Positions 34,701 to 48,339 of a stretch of 64,000 bases of DNA are shown here, piece by piece. Position numbers and translations under genes: made by a program. Below the pieces are notes generated by a model that did not search any database, had not been told where the DNA came from, and saw only the letters and a list, made by a program, of their open reading frames with translations. Origin of the DNA: Malacoraja senta (Eukaryota); contig JAXLNO010000061.1 of assembly GCA_038087875.1 (NCBI GenBank), positions 62,001 to 126,000 of the forward strand. Direction: 5' to 3'. The number at the start of each line of letters is the position of its first letter. Positions within the stretch are counted from its first letter, which is position 1.

Positions 34701-37700
34701 AATTCTAAAAGATCCACAAGCGAGTATATATTTAAAAGAACAAATGGAGGTCTTTTTTCAAATAAATGATACTCCAGATATATCGCCTACTGTATTATGG
34801 GAATCTTTTAAAGCATACATTAGGGGTATTATAAATTCATATCAAGCTTTTCAAAATAAAAAGAATAAGAATGAACAAAGAGTTAGAAGAACTTATTAGA
34901 CAAATGGATATAGATAATGCTAAAGATCCATCAATAGATAAACATAATAAAATAATAATTTTGAAATTTAAATTAAATAAATTATTATCTGCCAAACTTA
35001 TAAGACTTTTTCAAATTACAAAACAAGAGCACTTTGAATTTGGGGATAAACCGCATAAACGTTTTGCTCGCCAGCTAAAAAAACGAGAAAAGGAACATAC
35101 TATACCAAAGATCAAATCAGATGAAGGGGAATTATTAACAACACCAAAGGATATTAATAATAGATTTGCGCAATTTTATGAGAATTTGTATATATCTAAA
35201 ACGACAATTGATTCGAATAATATCACAAAGTTCTTGGATACCTGTAATCTTCCAAAGTTAGAGCTGAAGGAACAAGAGGAACTGGGTGCACAAATCTCAA
35301 TTAAGGAATTAGAAGATACAATAAACTCACTAAAGAATGGAAAAACACCAGGCCCTGACGGATTTACTAATGAATTTTATAAAAGCTTTTTTGATAAAAT
35401 AATACCAAGATTACAAAAAATGTACCAATATGCTTTTAAAAAACGAATACTACCTGATACATTAGCGGAATCAACGATTACATTAATACCTAAGAAAAAT
35501 AAAGACTTAGAAGAACCTGGTTCATATAGAGCTATAGCATTGTTAAACACAGATAAAAAAATATTGGCGAAAACATTAGCTAGAAGATTAAGTAAATACA
35601 TTAGTAAATTAATAAACCCAGATCAGACGGGGTTTATCCCTAAGAGATACTCATCTAACAATATGAGACGTCTACTCAACATAATGCACTCACACAAATC
35701 TGAAGATCAAGAATTATCAATTATTTCACTGGATGCTGAAAAAGCATTTGATCAAGTAGAATGGAATTATATGGACAAAGTATTACAAAAATTTCAACTG
35801 GGGGAGAATTTTATTCTATCGATCAAGTTACTATATAACAAACCTACAGCTTGAATACTAACTAATAACATATTATCCTCAAAATTCCATCTATCAAGGG
35901 GAAATAGACAAGGATGCTCATTATCACCACAGCTGTTTGCTCTCATTATTGAACCGCTAGCAGAAAAAATTAGAATACACCCTGATATCCATGGATATAA
36001 TACTAAAGATTCATATAATAAAATATCTTTATACGCGGATGATATATTACTGTACATTAGAAAACCTCAAATCACTATACCAAATATATTAAATTTAATT
36101 GAAGACTTTGGATCTTTTTCTGGATATAGAATAAATTGGAATAAAAGTGAAATTATGTCAATAAAACCGAAAGATTCAACACATCTTTTAAAATTCCCTT
36201 TTAAAATAGCTACAAAAAAATTTAAATATTTGGGAATCGAAATTACCAGATCATATCAAGGTATGTTTAGGGCAAATTTTGACCCCTTACTTAATAAATT
36301 AAACACACTAATTAAATTCTGGAAAACGCTCCCGATGTCTTTAATAGGCCGAATAAACGCAATAAAAATGATCTTTTTACCACAAATTTTATACCTATTT
36401 CAATCAATTCCTATATACTTACCAAAGAAGTTTTTTAAAAAACTCGACTCAGATGTCACTAATTTTATATGGGACTATAAATCACATAGAATACAAAAAA
36501 CTCATCTGAATAAACCTAAAGTATTAGGGGGTTTAGCACTTCCTAATTTTATGTATTATTATTGGTCAGTAAATATTAAAAATATGATTCAACTGATGGA
36601 TAACTCCGCCCAGCAAGTGGACTGGATTGTAATGGAGAAAGAGGATTGCTCCTCTAGAAACATTGGAGCGATCCTCCTCTCTCCAATGAAACTGAATAAC
36701 ATAAATTATAATAAGAACCCAATTATTCATAGTACAATCCGAATTTGGAAACAAATAAAACAAAATTTAAAATTAAGAAATGTATCACTTTTATTACCTA
36801 TAGTCAATAACCCTTCGTTTAATCCTTCTATTATAGATAAAGCTTATACACAATGGGATAGATTAGGAATTAAAACGCTTGGTGACTTGTATGAAACTGG
36901 AAAATTACTTTCATTTCAACAATTACAAATAAAATATAAACTCGGAAATAATCAATATTTTAAATATTTTCAAATATGCGACTATTTAAAAAAATATACA
37001 AAAGATCATTATAATATCCCAGTAGATGTATTGGACGAGGCAATGCAGATAAAAGCGGAATCAGCAAACTTAATATCATATTTGTATAATATTATCTTAA
37101 ATGTACAAATACCACCTACGGAGGGTATCAGAAGAGACTGGGAACAAGAGTTAGCTATTAAAATTTCAAAGGAAAGTTGGAATGAATACTTATTAAACGT
37201 GCATATATGCTCGATTAATGTAAGACACACTTTAATACAATTTAAAATTTTACATAGATTATATTATTCGAAAACTAAAATTCATAAAATTTTCCCAAAT
37301 GTATCATCTATTTGTGATAAATGTCAATCCCAAGAAGCTACTATAGCGCACTCATTCGTTTTCTGTACAAAAATTCAAAAATTTTGGAATGAAATTTTTG
37401 AAATCTTTACAAAGTTATTTAAAACAAGACTGATACCCAAAGCAGAATGGATTATCTTCGGTATAACGGAAGATGGTCCAGAACTAAATGTGTTTCAAAA
37501 GAAACTAATGGACTATGGGTTAATAATTGGAAAAAAGCTAATTCTAAAATTTTGGAAGAATGCTCCAATACCAACTATAAATATGTGGATTTCAAATATG
37601 TTTGAAACATAACACCTAGAATAGATAAGACTCCTCCTAGCAGGTAAACCAGATCACTTCCACCTGACGTGGTCTGCATTTATAGAATTATTACAAACAT

Positions 37701-38119
37701 AGGGTGCAAAAGTACTTTAAAAAAAAAAAAAAAAAAAAATTGAGGTCAGGTAAGGGGGGATGATAGTTGAAGAGTTGGTATGTCCCATTTACGTAATGCT
37801 CATAAAAATATTTGTTTCTCTCTTTTTCCTCTTTTTCTCTCTCTTTCTTTCCTAGGGTCTATTTCTTAACTCTTTTTCTTTTGTTTTTAATTTTGCTCTT
37901 ATAGGGTCTTCGTCCTTTTTTGTTGTCACATTTCCTACACTTTCACTTTTTCCTTCACTCTCTTCTTTCTTTCAATCTTTTCCTTTTCTAGTGTAAAAAA
38001 TAAATGGAGTACATAATTGTAAGAAGATATAAATGACGAGTACTAATGTATGTGGTTGTAATGTAATGTACTTCTAATAAATAAAAATAAAAAAAATTAA
38101 TAAAAATTAAAAAAAAAAA
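31785..38119 (+). mobile_element. Full-length L1-clade LINE, inactivated by several stops and frameshifts
   Basis: 5' ACTTCCGG; ORF1 31977..33125 (internal stop; RSRRQNLRILG, YPAKMRI); ORF2 from 33922 (SWNIRG, LQETH, SRIDYF, SDH, PGPDG, LYADD); AATAAA and polyA; TSD TTTGTTCTG at 31776-31784 and 38120-38128. Confidence 0.96.
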
Positions 38120-38797
38120 TTTGTTCTGGAGGCCTTGTAGTCTCTTTAGTCTTTTTATGTGGGGGGTGGGGGGGGAGGGGGAAACTGTTTTTCCCACCTG
38201 GGCGAGGATACATCCTTCCTCTGAGCCGCATCTTCGCCCCCTCCTCGCGGCCTACCTTTCGGATTGGCGCAGCCTTTCCTGCCGGGACCAGCCAGAGCTT
38301 CGAGCTGCAGCTGAAGTACCATGCGGAGCGGGGCGATGCCTACCGGGTCGCTGTTTGGAGCTCCGGAGTGCCGACTTTAACATCGTGGAGCTGTGGTTGC
38401 AGACCCTCCAGCCGCGGGCAGCGCTGACTTTAAACACTGTGGAGCCTGGGATCTCTCACCGAGATCACCAGTGTTGGAGCTCTGTCCAGCACGGCGTGTG
38501 GACTTCGGGAGCAAGCGGCCATTTCGGAACTCCAAGCCACTGAGAGCGTTCTTTCGATGCCGGAGTTCCATCATCCGGCAAGAGGGCCTGAACCAATAGT
38601 CCCTGACCACGGGTGAACATGGAGGAAGTGGACTGAACTTTGGTGCCTTCCCCGTTGATCCCGCTGTGGGGGGATGGTTTTTTTATGTTTAATGTTAAAT
38701 TCTATAATGTTGTGTTTATTTTATTTGTGTGCTGCAATGTCAACTCAAATTTCACTACACCAACTAGTGTATGTGACAATAAATGTCCTTTGTCCTA
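38120..38797 (+). mobile_element. GC-rich non-autonomous retroposon with Rex1-type tail; 5' part at ~31705-31784, split by the L1
   Basis: Collinear with 62058-62860; tail AATTTCACTACACCAACTAGTGTATGTGACAATAAA. Confidence 0.7.
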
Positions 38798-38895
38798 TGT
38801 TATTTAGGCCCCGATACAAATCGGCCTTGTCTTGCCTGCTGATATTGGGGCTTAAATCATGGCAGCGGCCACATTCCAATCGATAACAATCCAGG

Positions 38896-39084
38896 AACAT
38901 CCACTCTCAAGATAATCAAATTCATTATTTTTTTGCACAATCATGTCATAAGAACATCTACATTTCTATATTTTGTGTTATTGTCTATCCATGATCAATA
39001 TTTTCATACTAAATATCAACTACAGTTTTAGTCAGATGTATTGTGCAAAAAAATAATGATTTAATTATCTTGAGAGTGGATGTT
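38896..39084. repeat. ~46-bp imperfect inverted repeat with ~100-bp spacer
   Basis: AACATCCACTCTCAAGATAAT...TTTTTGCACAAT (38896-38941) vs its complement at 39040-39084. Confidence 0.8.
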
Positions 39085-39629
39085 TCTGAATTAATTTCTG
39101 GGAATTAAACATTAAATTCCTTCCATTTGGCATATAAATCCATGACAAAGTGAGATTTAAAAATCATGTTAGATTGTGAATTCTTGTGTGAATGGGATCA
39201 GTTTGTTATTTGTTGTTTGGATACTTTGGCTATTTATAAAATGTTAGCCTTTTCTTAAGAAATGGATAGATGTCTAGATCTCGTAATTGAATTTAGATGA
39301 ATTTAATTGATTAGATGAATTTAATTGATTTGATGAAACTGAAGAATATGAATTTTTTGTTGGGTATTTACTATTTGTTTTAACGTTTAAAAAGCATACT
39401 CGTTTTGTAAACGGTTTTTGGAAGCAGATTTGATTCAGATTTGATTCAGATTTTGCAATATAATTGTCAATAAGGAACAATTCTTTAAGAAATATGTCCC
39501 AACTATTATACAGAATATTTTTTTTCTTCACTCAAGTCACCCCATTTTGTGAGAACGCCCCTTCATGTTTCCTTTCTAATTACTGTTGAAGATTAATTTT
39601 ATGTATTATTTTCAGATTCTAATCTGAGC

Positions 39630-42159
39630 ATGATTAAAAGATTTGAAAGTGGTGCTAGCAAGCGCAAGAGAAATAGACTTGAAAATGATACGGTAAAGAA
39701 GTTAAGACCAATCACTCCTTTCTTGGATCAGCCACTGACAGAGGCAACAAGTGCCAGCGGTGAAGCAGATACATTGATAATAACACAAGGAAATCAGTGT
39801 GGTGGAGCTATCCAGCCAACTACTAGCATTCAACCAGAAGAAAACCTCCCTGAAACAGAAACAGCGAAGCAGGACATGGAACAGCAAGCTGAATATGAGG
39901 AAGCAGCCATGATGCCGGCTCAAATTGAAAATATAGAACTGATTGATGATGCCAAACATGGATCTACTGTAACAAACATTGGTTTGTGGGCAGAATTATC
40001 ACGAGGACGTATCCTATTGGGTAGAAAGGGGCCCTCTCAAGTTCAGCATTGTTGTGGACCATTATCAAATTCCAAGCGAGTGTATAAACAGCAGTCTAGG
40101 TTTTGCACAAAGGCTCTTTTTTATTCAACAAAAGTCAATGGAGAAACTTATAGCCGAGAGTGGCTTGTGTATTCTCCCTCAAAAGGCCGGATATATTGCT
40201 TTGTTTGTAAACTCTTTCCAAACATTGCATCTTATTCTTCTGCTACATCTTTAGCTTCTAAAGGGTTTGATGATTGGCAAAACACCTATCTTATCCAAAC
40301 ATGAAAACTCAGAGAAGCACAGGAATGCCATGTTGACCTACTTAACAAGAAAGCGAGGGCAAACGTTAACTTCAAATCTACAGGAACAAATAAAAGCAGA
40401 GCAGCTGTACTGGCAGCATGTCATGGAGAGAATTGTAGCCGTAATATGCACTCTTGCAGAACGAGGCTTACCATTCAGAGAAGACAATGAACAATTTGGA
40501 TCTCCAAATAACACTAATTATCTTGGTCTTTTAGAGCTAGTTGCAAAATTTGATCCATTTTTACTGGCTCATATCAATCGGCATGGAAATCCGGATCAGG
40601 AAATCCCTCATTTGTCAAAAACTGTGTGAGGAAATAATTCAACTCATGGCAAAAAAAAGTTAAGGATGCAATTCTGGCTGACTTGAAAAAGGATGGATAT
40701 TTCAGCTTGTCAGTAGATTCCATCCCTGACATTTTACATACTGATCAGTTGACTTTAATTATCGGATATGTATCACCTGAAGGTGGTTTGCCAAGTGAGA
40801 GATTTTTAACTTTCCTTGAGTTAAAAGACCACTCAGGAGAAAGCATGGCTGATTCAGTGTTTAACTATCTCACTACTGAACTTGAAATTTACTTTAGAAA
40901 ATGCAGAGGGCAGTCTTATGACAATGCTGTCAATGTGGCTGGTAGGTACAAGGGTATGCAGCAAAAAATCATCGAAAAAAACAAATTTGCAAGATTTATT
41001 CCATGCGCTCATTAAATTTGGTGGGCCGTTCGGCTGTTGATTGCTGCCTTGATACAGTGAACTGTTTTGGAATTATCAATGAAATTTATACCTTTTCATC
41101 CTCAAAAAAAAGATGGGCAGTACTAAAATCATTTTTGCAACCTCAGTCAAAAGTGCCTAAATATTTGTCAGACACTAGGTGGGAGGCACATGCAAAAGCC
41201 ACAGAAGCTATTTTGGAAAGTTACAGCGCTATCACTGATGCCCTCGGTTATTTGTACTCTGATGTTAATGTGAAGGGTGATACCAGGCTGCAAGCTAACA
41301 ATCTTTTGCAGAAAATGGAAAAACTGGAATTTGTGTTTATGCTACATTTTTGGACCCGTTTGCTAGGTCATTTCCACAAGGTCAACAAAGCCATTCAGAA
41401 ATCCAAACTGTGCAAGTTTGTACAGTTCACTTCAGGATTTTGTAAGCAAAATTAGACAAGATTTTGATGAGCTTGAGCAACATGTAAAGGCCACCTTGCC
41501 AAATGTTAACTACAGAACTGCCACAGGGAGACAAAGAGTAAGGAAACGGCAAGGAAATGATGGAAGTGTACCTGGTCCTGATGCTTTAGATGAACTCTCT
41601 TCAATAGATAGGTTTAGGATAAAATCCTTTATTCCTATACTAGATGCACTTGAAACCAATTTAAGAAGAAGAGCTACTGTGTAGTGATGTTGCACAAATG
41701 TTTTCCTTTCTTGCTAATCTGACCACATCTATGCAAGAAATTCAGCGAGGTGTTGAACTGTTGATGGAAGCATACCCAGAAGATGTTGACCTGACACTTA
41801 CTGATTAACTTTTGCAGTTTTATTTTTACATGAGACAAAGCCATAGGCATACAGAAGAGCACTCTCTGTCTCATACAGACCTTTATCAAATTATATACAA
41901 GGATAGAATTCAGATGGCCTTCCCTAATGTGGAAGCAATCTTGCGGCTGTTTCTTAGCTTAATGGTCACTAACTGCTCGGGAGAGAGGTCTTTTTCAAGA
42001 CTCAAAAAAATTAAAAATGAATTAAGGCCCACAATGTCTCTAGAGAGGTTGTCTGCATTGAGCATTCTGTGCATTGAGAGTGACAAACTTAGACAAACAA
42101 ATTTTGATGAACTTCTGGATGATTTTGCTATGAATAAGGCTAGAAAAAAACATTTTTAG
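39630..42159 (+). pseudogene. hAT transposase (ZMYM1/Tip100-like), fragmented
   Basis: REWLVYS..IYCFVCKLF (TTF-type Zn finger), LAERGLPFR, YFSLSVDS, RGQSYDNA, PCAH/SLNL, DTRW, NCSGERSFSRLK; six ORF pieces in order. Confidence 0.93.
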
Positions 42160-42195
42160 TCTTAGTGTATTTGTAGTTTCTTTATTTCTTAATAT

Positions 42196-42776
42196 TCAAG
42201 ATTCAATTCAAGAGACATTTATTGTCACATGCACCAATTGGTACAGTGAAATTTGGGGTCCCCATACAGCCATACGAATAAAATAAAGAACATAGAACAC
42301 GATAGTCTTTAACATAGACATCCCCACACAGCAGAATCAAAGTTTCTCACTGTGAGGGAAGGCAGCAAAGTTCAGTCATCCTCCTCTTTGATGTTTAATT
42401 GATGTTCAACTGTGGTCAGAGTCTCCCGAGCCCCCCGCAATCACCGCTACGGGCGGCCCGATGTTCAGGCCCTCTCGCCGGGATGATGGAACTCCGACGT
42501 CGGAACGGAAGAAAACCCTCAGCGGTTTGGACGTCCGAATCAGCCACTTCCTACTGGAGACCACGGCTCCCGAAGTCCACAGGCTGAACTGGGTGGAGAT
42601 TCACGCTGGCGGCCCTCGGCAAAGGGATCCCAGGACCCCGCGATGTTGAAATCAGCGCAGCCTGTGGCTGGGAGCTTCGCAAACCACAGTTCCATGATGC
42701 TAAAGCAGCAGGCCCCAACACTCCAGAGCTTCAAACGGCGATCCAGGTAAGGCATTGCATGCTCCGCGGTGAATCC
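42196..42776 (-). mobile_element. GC-rich non-autonomous retroposon, 5'-truncated, Rex1-type tail
   Basis: Minus strand ends AAATTTCACTGTACCAATTGGTGCATGTGACAATAAA plus TTGAA repeats; body resembles 38120-38797. Confidence 0.65.
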
Positions 42777-42952
42777 AATATGTATTTTAAAACCAACTGT
42801 TTAATGACAACATAAGGTAGGATCTAAAAGTGTCACACTGTCACTATCAGGTAGTCATGGTCTTCTTATTAACACTTCCCAGGCAATAACATTTTTAAGC
42901 TCACGTTTTTGTTTGTTTCTTTTTTTTTGTTTGTTTTTGTTTTAATTTAAAT

Positions 42953-45900
42953 TTTTTTTTTTTTTTTTTTTTTTTAAATTAGAAGTATTGTACAATGCAG
43001 TAATCTCAAACAAACATAAAATTATACATTTCTTGGACCACTTCTTATTTTAAACTTTAATAAGAAAAAAGATAGAGGGAGTTAGCAGAGATAGTGAGTG
43101 AGTGAAAGAGTGGTCCAGGGAAACCCGTAGGGACCTAAACCACAAGAAAGAATTAAACCAAAAAAACAAAAAAAGAAGGAAAAAGAAAAAAAAGTTTCAA
43201 AAATGATCAATTCTGCATTCGGTTTCAGTTTTATTTTAAATAATTTCGTAAAAATGTCAAAGATTTAATTCCAAATTTTTTGAATTTTTATACAAAAAAC
43301 AAAAGAATGTGCTATAGTTGCTTCTTGGGTTAGACATTTATCACAGATGGAAGAGACATTTGGGTAAAATTTACTTATTTTAGCTTTTGAGTAGTATAGT
43401 CTGTGTAAAGTTTTAAATTCAATTAGAATGTGTCTTACATTAATCGAGCATTTATGCACATATAACAAGTGTTTAACCCGACTCTCTTTCAAGCTTTTTA
43501 TAGCTAGTTCTTGTTCCCAATCTCTTCTAATCCAATCAGATGATGGTATTTCTATATTTAGGATGGTATTATACAAGTGTGATATTAAATTAGTTGATTC
43601 CGCCTTTATATTCATTGCATCGTCTAATAGGTCTGGAGACAAGTTTTGATATTCTTGTGTATATTTTTTCAAATAGTCACGGATTTGAAAATATTGATTG
43701 CGTCTCAAATTGTATTTAAGTTGTAGTTGGTGAAATGATAAAAAATTTCCATTATCATACATATCTCCAAACGTTTTAATTCCTAATCTGTCCCAGTATG
43801 TAAAAGATTTATCTATAATAGATGGTTTAAACGACGGATTATTAACTATAGGTGCAAGAAGCGATAGATTTCTAAATTTAAAGATAATTTTATTTGTTTC
43901 CAAATTCTAATTGTAGTATGAATAATTGGATTTTTACTGTATATTGTATTCTTCAATTTTGTTGGTGAGAGAAGGATCGCTCCTATATTAAAAGGGGAAC
44001 AATCCTCTCTCTCCATTACTATCCAATCCACCTGCTGGGCCGAGTTGTCCAACAGGTGAATCATATTTTTGACATTTGCTGCCCAATAATAATACAAAAA
44101 ATTAGGGAGTGTTAAGCCGCCAAATTCTTTAGGTTTGCACAAATGTCTTCTTTGAATTCTATGGTCCCATAGGACTTTGATTTATGGTCCCATATAAAAT
44201 TTGTGATATCGGCATCCAATTTAAAAAAAAAATGTTTGGTAAGTATAGTGGTATTGATTGGAATAGATATAAAATTTGTGGTAAAAAAATCATTTTTATA
44301 GCATTTATTCGGCTTATTAGAGACATCGGAACAGTTTTCCAAAATTTAATCAGTGTGTTTAGTTTATTGAGTAAGGGCATATAGTTTGCATTAAATAAAG
44401 ATTTATATTTTCTAGTAATTTCAATTCCCAAATATTTAAATTTTTCTGAAGCAATTTTAAAAGGGAATTTTAACAGGTGTGTTGAGTCTTGAGGTTTTAT
44501 CGTCATAATTTCACTTTTATTCCAATTTATTCTATATCCTGAAAAGGATCCAAATTCCTCTATTAGATTTAATATATTTGGTATACTGATTTGTGATTTT
44601 GTAATATATAATAGTACATCATCTGCATATAATGATATTTTATTATTTGAGTATTTTGTATTATAACCATGGATGTTCGGGTGTATTCTAATACTTTCCG
44701 CTAAAGGTTCTATTACAAGAGCAAATAGCAGAGGTGATAATGAACATCCTTGTCTATTTCCCCTTGATAATTGAAATTTCGGGGACAACATATTATTAGT
44801 TAATATTCTGGCAGTAGGCCTGTCATATAATAGTTTTACCCAAGAGATAAAATTCTTTCCCATTTGAAATTTTTGCAATACTTTGACAAGGTAGTCCCAT
44901 TCCACTTGATCGACTGCTTTTTCTGCATCCAATTAAATAATTGATAAGTCTTGTTCTTCGGTTTTATATGAGTGCATTATATTAAACAGACGTCTCAAAT
45001 TATTGCATGAGTATCTCTTGGGTATAAACCCCGTTTGATCCGGATTTATTAATTTACTAACATATTTACTTAATCTTCTAGCTAATATTTTAGCTAATGT
45101 TTTTTGATCTGTATTTAACAGCGCAATAGCTCTACAGGAACCCGGTTCTTCTAAATCTTTATCTTTTTTAGGTATAACTGTAATCGTTGATTCCGCTAAT
45201 GTTTCTGGAAGTGTTTGTTCTTTAAAAGCGTATGTATACATTTTATGTAGCCGTGGTGTAATTATCTCGTAGAATCTTTTATAAAATTCATTACTAAAAC
45301 CATCTGGTCCTGGTGTTTTTCCATTTATTAATGAATTTATTGTTTCTTCTATTTCCTTAGTTGAAACTTGTGCTCCTAATTCCTCTTGTTCGATCAAATT
45401 AAGTTTTGGGAGATTACAATTATCCAAGAACTCTATAACTTTAGTACTATCTGCTAACGCTTTAGATGCATATAAATTTTGATAAAATTGCACAAATCTT
45501 TTATTAATATCCTTAGGTAGGTGTTAACAATTCCCCTTTATCTGATTTAATCTTTAAAATCACATGATCTTTTTCCCTTTTTTTCAGTTGTCTTGTTTAA
45601 AGTTTGTGTGGTTTATCCCCAAATTCAAAATTTTCCTGTTTTGTAATTTGAAATAATCTTATAACATTTGGTGATAATATTTTATTTTATTTAAATTTCA
45701 ATATTGATATTTTATTATGTTTATCTATAGTTGGCTCTTTAGCATTATCTAAATCCAATTGTCTAATTCGTTCTTCTAACTGCCTTTGTTCATTCTTATT
45801 CTTTTTATTTAGAAAAGCTTAGTATGAGATTATAGTTCCTCTGATAAATGCTTTGAAAGATTCCCATAGTAAGGTTGGTGAAATCTCTGGGATATCATTA

Positions 45901-47102
45901 GTCTTGAAAAAAAGTTCCATCTGTTGTTTTAGATATATACCACCTTGTGGATCATTTAGGATTTGAGGATTAAATCTCCAAAACGATTTATTATTAGTCA
46001 TTCCTTCGAGTTAAAAAAAAAAAGTTAACGGGGAGTGATCAGAAATTGTACTGTTGTGAAATTTTGGGTTCAATGTTTAGGGAATTAGTTTTGTATCCAC
46101 TAGAAAATAGTCGATACGTGAATATGTTTTGTGTACCATTGAATAAAACGAGTATTCCCTTCCAGCAGGGTTAGCGATCCTCCAGACATCTGTTGTATTT
46201 GTATTTTCTATGTATGTATTTAGGATTTCCCTAGTTTTAGATTTTGTGTTACCCCTGTTCTGTTGTGAAGATTTATCCAGGTATGGATCTAAAACACAGT
46301 TAAAATCTCCCCCAATTATCACGTTTTGATAATTAAACTCTGAAATTATATTCAGGATTTTATTAAAGAATTGGGGATTATCAAAATTAGGCACATAAAT
46401 ATTTACCAAGGTGATTGGAGTAGCATGAATCTCTCCGGTAACTATAAGATATCTTCCTTCCTTATCTATTATGATATTCTTTGATTTAAATGGTATACCT
46501 TTGCGAATAATAATTGCCGTGCCTCTAGATTTAGAAATATATGAAGATTGATATGTTTGGCCTATCCAATTTGCCTTCAATCTAGTCTGAGCTTGCAATT
46601 TCAAATGAGTTTCTTGTAGAAAAATTATGTCCGAATTGAGCGACTTCAATTGTGCAAAAATCTTACCCCTTTTAATAGGTTCATTAGCACCCCTTATGTT
46701 CCAACTGCAGAATGTGATTCCTCCAAATTTCTTTTGTTTATCGTCTTGCATTTTAAATTATTTAATACCTTTGAATCATATGGTGCAACCAATACCTCAG
46801 GTCTCTGGCTGTTGGGGGAGCATTTGCATTATCAAATTCAGTTGGTACATCCCTTTTAAAATTGTCCTTGAACAAAAAAACGAAAAAATGTGAATTATTG
46901 TGACACAAAAAATAAATTAAAAAAGTGAAGTTACAGTGTCTAAAAATGACGACACTGTAACCGATTATCCACCTAATGGTGGTAGTTACACATTTATTGA
47001 CTTCCGTAGTTGTTAATCTACATTTAGCTCCGCCCCCTTGAATAATCTTACAAAAGGGAGTTGGGGCCAATTCAAAGCCGGGTTATATATATCACCATGA
47101 TC

Positions 47103-47133
<31 letters not shown>

Positions 47134-47575
47134 TCTTATCTAATCAAAGCTTATCTACCCTTTACTATGTTAACAATTATTACGTTTTCTTCCCCTTCAG
47201 TACTAATCAACTGCTGGTTGGAAGGGGTTAACCAGAGTCAGACTCCTGGCTAATTGCCAAGGTTCTGAATCTCCTCACCTCCTCCCGATCATAATTTGAA
47301 CTGAAGCCTATTATATTATCTAAATTAGTTTTTTTTTTTTTTAGTTTGTTATTAATCTATTTCCTTATATTTAGCACCCCCCCCCCCCCCCCGCCTTCCC
47401 CTCCCCGGGGGGATCAATCACTATAATGGATTATTACATTTTACCATTAAGCAATTCGCTTTTAATTCAATTACTATTACTGTTAATATGTTAATTTCAT
47501 TAGATTTAATTACTATTACTACGTTAATTCAGTAGTTTCTGTGTTAATATAGGATTAGTATAGGGTTAAAAAAAA
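42953..47575 (-). mobile_element. 5'-truncated L1 (inter-ORF spacer, ORF2, 3' UTR, polyA); 5' boundary approximate
   Basis: ORFs 46077..46751 (EN), 44933..45493, 44159..44932 (LYADD), 43265..43903; polyT at ~42953-42975; deletion near 43200. Confidence 0.92.
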
Positions 47576-47870
47576 TTAATATAACAGTAAACTTACAACT
47601 TTATTTTCCTAAACATTTCTGCTTATTCCACAAAATGTTTACAAAGTTCGGTTATAGCAAAAGATTTTCACAGTGTTAATTTTAACATTCATGCATATTT
47701 TTTCAATCACTACGGTATTTAACAATAACATTTTATGTCCTTTAGAGAAGGAATTGCGGAATTTGAAACACCCGTCATCATCCTTGGCTTTAATCAAATT
47801 ATTTAAAACACTCTTCCATCGTCCTCTAGTCATGGGGGTGGGGGATTGAGAGGGGGCCTCACAAGTGGAA

Positions 47871-48339
47871 TGTCAGGACTTTCATATGAGGAAAGACTGG
47901 ATACACTCGGCTTGTACTCGCTGCAATTTAGAAGACTGAGGGGGGATCTTTTAGAAACTTACAAAATTCTTAAGGGGTTCGACAGGCTAGATGCAGGAAG
48001 ATTGTTCCCGATGTTGGGGGAGTCCAGAACAAGGGGTCACAGTGCAAGGATAAAGGGGAAATATTTTAGGACTGAGATGAGAAACACATTTTTTACACAG
48101 AGTGGTGAATCTCTGGAATTCTCTGCCACAGAATGTAGTTGAGGCCAGTTCATTGGTTATATTTAAGAGGGAGTTAGATGTGGCCCTTGTGGCTAAAGGG
48201 ATCAGGGGGTATGGAGAGAAAGCAAGTACAGGATACTGAGTTGGATGATCAGCCATGATCATATTGAATGGCGGTGCAGGCTCGAAGGGCCGAATGGCCT
48301 ACACCTGCACCTATTTTCTATGTTTCTATGTTTCTATGA
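47871..48339 (+). mobile_element. CR1 3' end with (TTCTATGT)n tail
   Basis: GLYSLQFRRLRGDL; 8-mer tail at ~48316-48339. Confidence 0.92.
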
